This document shows positions 1 to 10,019 of a DNA stretch of 39,175 nucleotides, piece after piece. Source of the stretch: Octopus bimaculoides (taxonomy: Eukaryota); contig NC_068985.1 in assembly GCF_001194135.2 (NCBI RefSeq), positions 119,031,204 to 119,070,378 on the forward strand, written 5' to 3'. Every line of letters begins with the position of its first letter. The stretch's first letter is position 1. Under the pieces are notes generated by a model that searched no databases, was not told where the DNA came from, and was given only the letters and a program-made list of their open reading frames with translations. The position numbers were made by a program, and so were the translations under genes.

Positions 1-112
1 GTGGTGGTGGTAGTAGTGGTGGTGATGGTGGTGGTGGTGATGGTGGTGGTGATGGTAGTGGTGGTGGTGGTAGTAGTGGTGGTGATGGTGGTGGTGGTGG
101 CAGTGTGACGGC
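1..112. repeat. Imperfect (GGT/GAT/AGT)n trinucleotide repeat
   Basis: Direct reading: gtggtggtggtagtagtggtggtgatggtg... Confidence 0.95.
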
Positions 113-245
113 GATAGCGTTTATGATTCTGGTAGTGTTGATGTAGTTGAATGGACGGGGAGATGTCTGAAAAGAATGATTGAGGACTGTGGAGAATGAA
201 TCTGGACGTGTGAACGTATGTGTGTGCGTATGTGTGTGCGCATGC

Positions 246-276
<31 letters not shown>

Positions 277-282
<6 letters not shown>

Positions 283-489
283 CTTTACTACCCACAAGGG
301 GCTACACACAGAGGGGACAAACAAGGACAGACAAACGGATTAAGTCGATTATATCGACCCCAGTGAGTAACTGGTACTTATTTAATCGACCCCGAAAGGA
401 TGAAAGGCAAAGTCGACCTCGGCGGGATTTGAACTCAGAACGTAGCGGCCGACGAAATACCGCTAAGCATTTCGCCCGGCGTGTTAACG

Positions 490-495
<6 letters not shown>
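277..495 (-). mobile_element. tRNA-derived SINE (here family B) with a Tx1-LINE-like 3' tail
   Basis: The minus strand reads cagaaacgttaacacgccgggcgaaatgcttagcggt...gttctgagttcaaatcccgccgaggtcgactttgcctttcatcctttcggggtcgattaaataagtaccag. It has a B-box-like GAGTTCAAATCC, the same body recurs at 7318, 14355, 16812, 19585 and 19732, and it is flanked by (GT)n. Confidence 0.85.
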
Positions 496-542
<47 letters not shown>

Positions 543-735
543 ATGCATGCATATGTGCACACGTGTGAGTGCAAGTGATTACTATAAAACATATATAACA
601 TTCGACAATATACGTATTATATAGCTGTAGTGATGATGATAATGGTGATGATGACGATGATGTTAGTGGTAGTAGTGATAAAAACAAGAGAACCTCTGTG
701 AGTATGTTTGTGGTTGTATGTATAATGTGAGTGTA

Positions 736-773
<38 letters not shown>

Positions 774-829
774 TGTGTGTGTGTGTGTGTATGCATGTAT
801 ACTATATTTGTATATATGGGTAAACAGCT

Positions 830-960
830 TATAAGTTAGACATGGTATATTGAAAATACGACTATTCCAATAAAATCCAGTTGCAGAAACAATCGAAATC
901 ATATCAGATGATCTATATAAACTCCAAAAATATAACCACCCTATGATACCAGCCAAATAA
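830..960 (+). mobile_element. Penelope-like element (PLE) RT remnant, segment 1
   Basis: Decayed frame ...PVAETIEIISDDLYKLQKYNHPMIPA resembles the PLE RT region after the first catalytic Asp motif (SLDxxxLFTNVPVxETIxII). It continues at 1287 once the MITE is removed. The left boundary is approximate. Confidence 0.6.
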
Positions 961-1286
961 GGTAAATTTTCAGATTAACACCCGCACGATTTTCACTAGG
1001 GTGTTAAGGTTAGGGTTTTAGGGTCAGGGTTTGGGTTTTAGGTTTAGGGTTAGGGTTAGGGTTAGGATTACGGTTAGGGTTAAGGACGGAATTCCCTAAC
1101 CCTAACCCTAAAACCCTAACCCTAACCGTAACCGTAAACCCTAACCCTAACCCTAACCCTAAAACTAACCCTAAAACCCTAACCCTGACCCTAAAACCCT
1201 AACCCTAAAAACCCAACCCTGACCCTAAAACCCTAACCCTAACACCCTAGTGAAAAATCGTGCGGGTGTTAATCTGAAAATTTACC
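961..1286. mobile_element. MITE with 46/47-bp TIRs, 8-bp TSD and head-to-head telomeric repeat arms (putative Merlin-type)
   Basis: TIR ggtaaattttcagattaacacccgcacgattttcactagggtgtta (961-1006) is mirrored at 1240-1286 with one T-run indel. TSD ccaaataa lies at 953-960 and 1287-1294. The interior is degenerate (TTAGGG)n, then GGAATTCC (1088-1095), then (CCCTAA)n. GG termini plus an 8-bp TSD fit the Merlin/IS1016 superfamily (inference). Confidence 0.92.
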
Positions 1287-1506
1287 CCAAATAATTACAA
1301 ATATGCTAGTAATCGACACACCGAAGTAACTTTTCGCTGCCCATAATGTAAGCTATATAAACGAAAAGATGGAGTAGCTTTGCTTTCTCCTCTTAGATAC
1401 GCGTTTGCCACTTTCTATTTAGATATACTAAAATTCAAAATAATACCTGAGCACAAATATATAATATGAACGAGATACATAGACAATATACTAGTTATAA
1501 TGGGGG
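1287..1506 (+). mobile_element. PLE RT remnant, segment 2 (catalytic core)
   Basis: LYKRKDGVALLSPLRYAFATFY (from 1353) matches YxQxDGVAMGSPLxPxxANxY. In-frame RYIDNI (1473-1490) is a decayed RYVDD. One in-frame stop lies between them. Confidence 0.8.
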
Positions 1507-1813
1507 TATAGTGATGTCAGGGTTATCCATTTTTGGTGGTAACGTTGGCTTAGTCAGTATGAGAGAAAGAGGAGTCACCATCTTGTTCGCAACAACAAGA
1601 AAATAGAAATTCACGAGACACTTGTAATAAGTCATAACTTTTGTTATTAGAGGTAATGCGTTAACATACAACGTTAATTGAAGGAAAGCTTATAACATTA
1701 CATGAATATGTTCTGTTTGCCGTCACGTCTCCAAGTATGTAAAGCGAGCATGTGCGCGAGCGGACGCAAAGTGCGGCGGCTTGACTCAATGCCAACCTAA
1801 GGCTAGACAGACA
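1507..1813 (-). mobile_element. Solo LTR 1, 3' part (split by a LINE)
   Basis: Terminus TATAGTGA (decayed TGTAGTGA) is the inverted match of the terminus TCACTACA at 5904-5911. A 4-bp TSD GGGG lies at 1503-1506 and 5912-5915, and removing 1507-5915 restores the PLE frame ...ILVIMGASEDVGK. Confidence 0.7.
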
Positions 1814-4800
1814 CGGAATATTTCTTTATTTGCCTATAATGGCATACATAGATATAACAACAAAGAGGGGTCGTGGACAAACAATGGACAGTCTTACAGG
1901 GGTGGGGATGGGGTCCATGCTGTTGTGATTACAATATGAGGATCAAGATGATAAAAACGTTATGGTTTAAAAATTTTAATGAATGTATAGTTAAAAATAT
2001 TAAATTTTATGTCACTTTCCCTCCAAGTTCTATTCCAATACGCTAGTTTCGAAACTTCATTTTTTCCTTTATTATTTGGCCGAGAGAAATTGTTTTCCTC
2101 CTTCTTCGTTGACTGGCTACACCAGCACGGCCCCATACATACGCAACTTTCTTACTATATTTTCCCATTTTTTTCTCATACACGCTATGAGGCAGGTACT
2201 TTCTCTCCAGACGGATCTTCCTCACAAGGTGGAAGTTGAACCAACTTCCCAACCCGTGTCCGGAGATGAAGTGACCTGTCTCAATCCCTTTTGCTCTTGT
2301 TCGCCACACTGTCTCTTTCAGTATGGCTACTACGCAGAAGAAAGGCTGCCATCCTTTCTTTGTTAAAGGAGGGAGGCGGTACGGTCTTAACTATGTACTC
2401 AGTCCAGAACGTACTCTTTTCCCATCCGACATCAGTTCTTCGACATAGGTCACTAACCCCATCAACTCTCTACAATGTACGAAGGCATATGCGACAGTTT
2501 CACTGATGCGTCCGCACCTCGGACATGTGGTGGGGAGGTTATAACCGTATCTGGACAACCTCTCCTGAACTGGTAACACCGAACGATAGTACAACCAAGC
2601 CAAGGATTTCTGGAAATTATCCAGGTACCTCGGCCCGAATGCCCTCGCGAACAGGCCGGTTAGTTGTTCGTCGTCAAAGCCCAGAGTGTCCCTAAGGACG
2701 TCGTCAGACTTACACTCTACCAACCCTCTATAAAAATCTGCAGTGGTAACCTCACTGCCCGTAATACTTGCTCGGGAGAACATACTGAGTGCTTGTCTGC
2801 ACGCTCTCTGCCATTCCCCATCTTAGGCCTCTGCCTGACCCACGTGCCTAAGTCCTGATGGGACTCCAATTGTGGAAAAAGTTGCTTGGCATGCGGTGAC
2901 CACATTTGCTCACCATCCAAGTAGCGCCGGAGGTGTCTCAGCCTCAACGCATATTTGTGCATCATCAGCCAAGGCATCCCCAGTCCACCCGTTAGCGGTT
3001 TCTGACAACAAATGGAACGCCTCTCAAGTGGCGGTTTCCCCTTGCACAAAAAGTGCAAAAGGATCCTTTTCAGCTTGTTCAGTCACAAACCGAGGCAAGG
3101 CACGATGGTTAGNNNNNNNNNNNNNNNNNNNNNNNNNNNNNNNNNNNNNNNNNNNNNNNNNNNNNNNNNNNNNNNNNNNNNNNNNNNNNNNNNNNNNNNN
3201 NNNNNNNNNNNNNNNNNNNNNNNNNNNNNNNNNNNNNNNNNNNNNNNNNNNNNNNNNNNNNNNNNNNNNNNNNNNNNNNNNNNNNNNNNNNNNNNNNNNN
3301 NNNNNNNNNNNNNNNNNNNNNNNNNNNNNNNNNNNNNNNNNNNNNNNNNNNNNNNNNNNNNNNNNNNNNNNNNNNNNNNNNNNNNNNNNNNNNNNNNNNN
3401 NNNNNNNNNNNNNNNNNNNNNNNNNNNNNNNNNNNNNNNNNNNNNNNNNNNNNNNNNNNNNNNNNNNNNNNNNNNNNNNNNNNNNNNNNNNNNNNNNNNN
3501 NNNNNNNNNNNNNNNNNNNNNNNNNNNNNNNNNNNNNNNNNNNNNNNNNNNNNNNNNNNNNNNNNNNNNNNNNNNNNNNNNNNNNNNNNNNNNNNNNNNN
3601 NNNNNNNNNNNNNNNNNNNNNNNNNNNNNNNNNNNNNNNNNNNNNNNNNNNNNNNNNNNNNNNNNNNNNNNNNNNNNNNNNNNNNNNNNNNNNNNNNNNN
3701 NNNNNNNNNNNNNNNNNNNNNNNNNNNNNNNNNNNNNNNNNNNNNNNNNNNNNNNNNNNNNNNNNNNNNNNNNNNNNNNNNNNNNNNNNNNNNNNNNNNN
3801 NNNNNNNNNNNNNNNNNNNNNNNNNNNNNNNNNNNNNNNNNNNNNNNNNNNGGCTAACACCTTGGCCAAAATCTTTAACTCTGAAGTTTAGTAGAGTTAT
3901 GGGCCTAAAATCATCCCCTTTGCTCGTGTCTTTCTTGATCAGTGTCACAACTCCTCGGCTCACAGATTTGTTGCCAATTCGCGTAAACACTGGCCAGTAT
4001 GTTCCCGAACAAGTCTGGCATACTCTTATAAAATTCATAAGGTAGACCATCTAATCCCAGCGACTTGTCCCCGGGGCACTCGGAAAGCACCTCTATAACC
4101 ACCTTTGCCGTGATCGGCTCTTCACAGCGCTCAGCGTCGCGCGCAGAAAGACGCGGGCCGCTGGCCAGGAAATCCCGTAGGGTATCCACATGGTCCAACA
4201 TCCCTCTCCTCCCGAACAACGTAGCAAAGTGCTCGTGGAAGGCCTTGCACATCTCTTCCTGTCCTTCGATCTTCTGTCCTTGTTAGTTAACCACAGATCT
4301 AATCGTAGCATCCACGCCACGTTGGGTTTCTACCGAGTGAGCCCACCCAGCAACGTTGATACCCTCGCGACCCAATGCACGTACTTTAGCCCAAACTCTG
4401 CAACCTTCGTGTTTGGCATTGAGGTGTCGGTCCAAACCCGATCTCGCCGTAACTAAATCCCTTTCTACTCTAGTCTGCGCTAAACTTAGCTCCTTGCTAA
4501 ATCTAGTTGACTCAATACGAATGGCTTTTTTGAGGGCACTCCACCACCGGTTATTTAATACAGTGCCGGTTAGTACCCTCATAACTAGCACCTTAATCTG
4601 ACTACAGTAAGCTTCACGATCCAATGGGGACTTGTTCAACTTCCAGTAGCCAAATCCCTGTCTATGAACCTTATCTATATGCACCCTACACGTCACTAAT
4701 TTGTGATCCGTGTAGGGTACACAGGTAAACTGTGGACAACTAACACTAGATTTATCTCTAGTATTAACTAAGATCCTATCTATATAGACCTGATTGATCC

Positions 4801-5716
4801 GTCGTGATTCGTCCACGTCCACATTAGCACGTTCGGGTTATCAAGTCTGAATCGATCTGCCAGCCTAAATCGCTTCAGCAGATCGACGAGGCGTGAGTCA
4901 CATTTCCTAGTGTTCGAGGCAGCGCTATCCATGCTCCTGCAGTCTTCACTTTCGTTTACCTCATCTGCAATCCTCTCCACCAACACCACGTACCTCATCA
5001 CAGCCCATAACACCACAAACACCACACATATTCTACCACGGGTGCCAGATAGTCGTACCTTACCTTCGGCCCCAGCAGGTTTACTTCGTCACCGAAGCTT
5101 GCCTTTAGTTTTTTTTTTAAAGTTTTTAATGTCTGTCAGTATACTTTCCATACCTGGAACTCGTATGTTGTCCTTCTCTGCAACTCTTGTAACTGATTTT
5201 ATCTTTTCGATTTTTTCCTCGATGGACACATTTGTCCAGCAGTGCATTACATACACCCTATGTTTGTAATTGTTCAGTGTTACTTGAGGGTCTGCTGGTG
5301 TGTATTCGATTGGAGAATTTGTACTGTCTGTGTTTGTTTGTGTATACCTACCTGAATTTTCTGAACCGTCTGTGAGTACTTGTGAATATTTTACTGGAGT
5401 TATTGGGCTGTTTTTGCCTGGTTGTGTATATTTAGTTGGGGATTCTGAGCTGTCTGCGGTATTCTTGTGTGATTGTTGGAATGTAGAATGCTATGTGTGC
5501 GTTTGTGTGTCAGTTCTTTCTTATTCTTTTTCTTTTTATTTTTGGAGCATCTTCTGGTCTTCATCTCTGCTCTCCGCATCTATCTTCTCCGTACCATCCT
5601 TTGACTTCTCGTTCCTGCTACAAGTCAAACAATCGCCAACAAATAGTAAACAAAGAGCAACTTATCCGTCATGATGCAAAAATCAACTGGGAATCACAAT
5701 ACAAAATCAACTGAGC
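1814..5716 (-). mobile_element. Tx1/L1-clade non-LTR retrotransposon, degenerate and internally deleted
   Basis: Minus-strand frames give APE endonuclease (RLADRFRLDNPNVLMWTWTN; YIDRILV...YTDHKLV; GYWKLN), the linker KSLGLDGLPYEFY, the RT start (GVVTLIKK...DFRPITLLN), GGLGMP and a C-terminal zinc finger (CPRCGRISETVAYAFVHC). AATAAA lies near the 3' end. A 9-bp TSD agacagaca lies at 1805-1813 and 5717-5725. Part of the RT falls in gap 3113-3851. There are several frameshifts and stops. Confidence 0.88.
5100..5480 (-). pseudogene. Probable ORF1 N-terminal remnant of the Tx1 LINE
   Basis: Open minus-strand stretch STFQQSHKNTADSSESPTKY...KYSQVL...NNYKHRVYVMHCWTNVSIEEKIEKIKSV lies downstream of a 5' end beginning gctcagttga and inside the TSD-bounded insert. 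No diagnostic domain was recognised. Confidence 0.4.
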
Positions 5717-5911
5717 AGACAGACAGGCACGGAGTGGCACAAATTTAGAATTTATTTCCTTTATATAAGGGATGGACCGGAAGTCCCCGACTTCAACGTA
5801 AACCGGAAGCTTCCAGGAAGGTCTCGAACATTCTAGAAGCTCGAGGGAGATTACTCTTGTTAAATCCCTTTTCCGTTTTGCTTCCCGTCGTAGCCGCCAG
5901 GGGTCACTACA
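5717..5911 (-). mobile_element. Solo LTR 1, 5' part
   Basis: The minus strand starts TGTAGTGACCCC and carries a TATA-like cttatataaagg plus AATAAA near 5750-5770. It is bounded by the GGGG TSD. Confidence 0.7.
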
Positions 5912-6163
5912 GGGGCATCAGAAGACGTTGGGAAATGAGAGGATCTAGAGAACAACTCTACTAAAATTCGACATTCAAAGCAATACTAATACAATGTCAT
6001 CTCTAGACACAAACATATAGATTAAAAATAAGAAGTACACGGCGAAAGGCACAAACAAACGCATAAACCTCTCCGGAGATAAGGAATGTCCCCGTAACTA
6101 CAAAATGTCTGTGATAAAAATCACTAAGATTCCTTCACAAATAAAATACTAGATAAAGAGATC
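5912..6163 (+). mobile_element. PLE RT remnant, segment 3
   Basis: LKFDIQSNTNTMSSLDT and ECPRNYKMSVIK (about 6084-6119) resemble the PLE motifs LKFTxE...FLD and SECPxRYKxSVI. Confidence 0.75.
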
Positions 6164-6800
6164 TGTAGCGGGCTGGACGTGATGTGCCATATCAGTTCGA
6201 TATGAGTTAGCCTACTACTGAATGTAGCGTGTAAATGTAACGCTCCTAGGTTCTCGCGTCGGAGTAACCAGTGAACATCGAAGAATCAAGAAGGAAGAAA
6301 TATCATTTACATATATTTATTCGTTTGCTCGACAGGTAGTTAAAGAGACAGTAGCAATTCTAGTGATAGTGACAACAAGGATGGCTCGCTGGTTAGTAGT
6401 TGATAGTGTAGAAAAAGGTTGTCTGTCAGTAGAGAGTGAAAGAGTAAGGAATGCACGGTGCTGACTAGAAAGGATAGAGGTGGCATCGTCTTTCTTGCGG
6501 CCGAGGAAAGTGCTGCTTTTGGTCATGGTTGACGCAAAGAGCGGGTGCTGCTCCTTGGTCATAGCTGACACATAAGAAGAAGAGAGAGGAAATTCTCTTT
6601 GTTATATAGACTATGGTCAGTAATGTAGGTCAAACCTTAAACAAAAGACTGACGTTTCCTTGATCAGCACAGGTTCTATGGGGTCGAGTGTTTCCTCATC
6701 AATCAACTGGTGTGGAGAGGATTTCCTGCTCGTTTTGACAAGCAATAAGCGGGTGGATTTGGCTTCAAATCTCAGGCAGGGGTCAAGCTAGATCCCTACA
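6164..6800 (-). mobile_element. Solo LTR 2 (637 bp, probably Gypsy-type)
   Basis: Termini TGTAG...CTACA, with a 4-bp TSD GATC at 6160-6163 and 6801-6804. A minus-strand TATA-like motif (about 6605) precedes AATAAA (about 6318). Excision restores the PLE frame LDKEIHRIKSTLINN. Confidence 0.85.
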
Positions 6801-7317
6801 GATCCACAGAATAAAATCAACATTAATTAACAACTTGTGGAGCAAGCTACTGATGAATATAGACAGAAATATAATGTAACAAATACGTGACGCACTACCT
6901 TTACTAAATATACACATATTACATACTAAGTGTATTCTTTGAATCAAAAGTATGCTCGTTATAGAATAAACGACCCCATTATCGAGAATCTCATGAAACG
7001 AAGTACAAAATGCTTCATACTAAAGCCATTAACTGACATTAAAATATATCACAGAAATGTTAAGATCAAAAGCCTCCTAGCATACAACAAGCATGTAAAT
7101 TCCAGAACAAGCTTCAGATGACCAACATAATTTATAAATTTTACTGTAAAAGTGAAAGTTACAAACTTCATGAACCAAACTTTAATATTGGCCAGACAAG
7201 TATAGCTCTCTCTTTCGTTAGCTCACAATGCATTTACAAGGAGTAATCGCAACAGACTACAGCACACACTATAAAACGAAGCTAGACAGGGAAAAACTAG
7301 TTTCAAATTTTGAGAAG
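6801..7317 (+). mobile_element. PLE remnant, segment 4 (thumb and GIY-YIG endonuclease)
   Basis: QLVEQATDEYRQKY, then in-frame NIIYKFYC (7124)...IGQT (7187), then after a frameshift LTMHLQG...KLDREKLVSNFE. This is the GIY-YIG layout typical of PLEs. Confidence 0.75.
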
Positions 7318-7484
7318 GTAAGTCGATTATATCGATCTCCAGTGTTCAACTACTACTTATTTTATCGACTCCGAAAGGCTGAAAGGCACAGTTGGTTCTG
7401 GCGGCATTTGAACTCAGAACGTAGATTTGTAAGATATACCGCTAAGCATTTCCCGGCGCGGTAACGATTCTGCCAGCTTGCTGC
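7318..7484 (-). mobile_element. SINE family B copy
   Basis: Homologous to 277-495 over head and body (ttgaactcagaacgtag...ccgctaagcatt...tgccagcttgctgc). Confidence 0.8.
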
Positions 7485-7570
7485 ATTAAATAGGAAAATA
7501 TTAACAGATAATACATCCATACTTTATAGAATTCTTCAGAAAAATACATGCTTATAGAAGCACTGCCCGC
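7485..7570 (+). mobile_element. Possible second PLE GIY-YIG C-terminal fragment
   Basis: LNRKILTDNTSILY...LIEAL motifs. They duplicate the motif position of 7280-7315, so this is probably a different copy. Confidence 0.35.
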
Positions 7571-8029
7571 CCCAAACAGTAAGCAGTACTTGTATGTGAA
7601 TGTGTGTGGGTGGTGGAAGAGTCTTAGCAACTAATGAAGGAAGAAATGCTTTCTGACTTTAATTTTCTATTCTTTGTCATGTGGTTTTGTCTGTTTTAAC
7701 TATGTGGGGGTTGCCGCAAGAGACAACCAAAGATTGTGTTTCGTTTGCTTGCAGAGCTAAAATCAATTCCCATGAAAATAGCTTGGAGAGGAAACGTGCT
7801 CCACCAAATAAACGTACTCAAAATAAGCTATATTAGAACTGTGGCTTTGCTAGATCTCTTCTAATACAAACAATTATGAGACTAGCTACATGCTGAGTTT
7901 TTAAGATCTTCAATCAACTATTCTATGATTTGTAGGTGGCTGAGGATTCCATAGATACGTGTACCCTTAACGTAATTCTAGGGCGAAATCAGTGTGAGAT
8001 AGTGTTTGAGAAAATTGTACCTTTGCGTA

Positions 8030-8190
8030 TGAGATACGGTTGGTGTGACAGGTTTCCACACAGTTTCTGTCTACCCAGTTTTGCCCACAAAGCATGAGTT
8101 GACCTGAGAGACTTGCCTTAAAAAAGGCCATGTGTGATTGAATTTGGGGTCTCATGAATGTGAAATGAACGTCTTAACCACATGGCCATT
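8030..8190 (-). mobile_element. Old, decayed CORE-type SINE head (family A)
   Basis: The minus strand reads tggccatgtggttaag...ggcaagtc...ggtagacagaaactgtgtggaaacctgtc and parallels the family A head at 24600. Confidence 0.45.
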
Positions 8191-8427
8191 TGTTTGCACA
8201 TACATACATGCACTTATACATACATACATACATACATACAAACATACATACATACATATGTTTCTTGCAACTTACCGCACCAGTCTAGTCTGGTAAGAGT
8301 GTCGGTTTACTCGCTGACGACTCGATCATGCAGCAGGTTGTACTGGATTCCACGTTACCAGTGAGACTCATGAGAGTGCTCACAAGTGACCATGCATACA
8401 TACATACATACATACATACATACATAC

Positions 8428-8820
8428 TATTCTATCCAGATTACAAATTCAGGTTTATACCTGTAATTATTGGGGCACTGGGATATGTAACACACTACCT
8501 AAGTACCAACCTTGAGAAATTAGGCTTTTCGAAAACAGAAAGGGGAAAGCTGATTCGAAGACTACAGGTCCAAAACATCATTGGAACTGTAAAACTCTGT
8601 AAAACTTTCCAGAAGTTTAACATTTAAGTATATATGACATGCAACTATATGCATGAGAATACATACATATAACAAACCATACAAATCTACACATATACAT
8701 ACATAAATAAAAAATTACTCTATTGATGTTGTAGAAACTCGAATGAAGGAGCCTTGGATCTAGGTTAGAAACCGGTTCTTTCTCTAGTGGAAAGAAATTT
8801 TGAAATAAAACTGAATAATC
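8428..8820 (+). mobile_element. 5'-truncated Dong/R4-clade LINE 3' end
   Basis: C-terminal frame YPDYKFRFIPVIIGALGYV...LGF...KLIRRLQ...GTVKLCKTFQKFNI* followed by a 3' UTR. It is flanked on both sides by (CATA)n. The clade call is from motif recall. Confidence 0.7.
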
Positions 8821-8901
8821 ACATACATACATACATACATACATACAAACATACATGATGGCTGTATTCCAAATAATGGCATTGCTTGACTGTTCTCTTA
8901 A

Positions 8902-9400
8902 CCCATTAAGTGCCAAATTTTTATTCATATTTTTTAGCTTTACCAGGTGTATATAGTATCTAATTTATAGCATTTGTATTTAGATTTTATTCATATGTGA
9001 ATTATTTTGGAAATTATAAATTTTTCGAAAAGTCCCTAATGGGGATCGCTGTAAAAAAGCATGTTTATCGTTTTCTATTTAATTGCAATAATAAACATTT
9101 TATTACTTTTTTTAACTATAGTATTAAATGCGAATGTATAAAATATCAACGAATGCAAAAAAAAAAAAAAGAAATCGCTTTCAAAGCAATATTTTTGTAG
9201 TTCAAAAATTGCAATTTATGACATAAAATGTCCTCTAGAATTAGCCAGAGCTAATAATGACAAACTTTAACTACTAAATATTGTTAAATACACCTCTGCA
9301 AATGGAATATACATAAGCAATTCACTTTAGATACAACGAACAACCGGCAGTGAAATTGTTTTTAGCAGATCCCCAAATGGGGCTCATAGCAGGCAATGGG
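8902..9400. mobile_element. piggyBac-type MITE (499 bp)
   Basis: TTAA at 8898-8901 and 9401-9404. Termini CCCATT...AATGGG; the imperfect TIR matches 10 of the first 14 nt. AT-rich non-coding interior. Confidence 0.65.
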
Positions 9401-10019
9401 TTAAACATAAGTAGCACAGGTGTCGCTTTTCATTCCTGCACAAGTGTGGTACCGATGGACCCGTCTTGCTGCAGAGACCTTAAACAGCCGTGCTGACACC
9501 TGCCTTCATTCCATCATGGAATTTTTCATTAATCATTTTGCCTTTTTCAGCTACGACCAACCATATTAGGTAACACATAATAGGAAATTTATTGGAGATG
9601 TTGAATATCAAGTGATGTCTGTTTTTTTTTAGGAAAGGCCTTGCACAGGGCCTATCCCGCTATCTAAACAATGTATACATTTGCCTCAAAAGAAAGAACT
9701 AGTCTACGTTATTGGATCCAAACGAAGTCACAGACTTTAAATCCGAGCAAGCATGAAGAGCTTGCAGGCCGAAAAGTAAAACTTGTCAAAGGACAGATAA
9801 ACTTAGTAGCTGAGAGGGAGAGATCCTTAGTCTTTGTTTAGATATCTCTGTAGGAGAAAAAAAAAACATACACACAGGTGCCACTTTGGCGTGTGATCTG
9901 CAATTTAAAGGGAGATTACTTTAGGTTACATTTTAGTTTACTTTGTGTTAGTGCTACTTTGCCGTATGACCTACGTGAGCGAATTTACTTTGGTGGGTGA
10001 TCTACGTGCTTATCTTAAT

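Noticed and set aside
961-1286. True telomere-telomere chromosome fusion scar
   Set aside because: Exact 8-bp TSD, short mirrored unique TIRs and a continuous PLE remnant on both sides indicate a transposon insertion.
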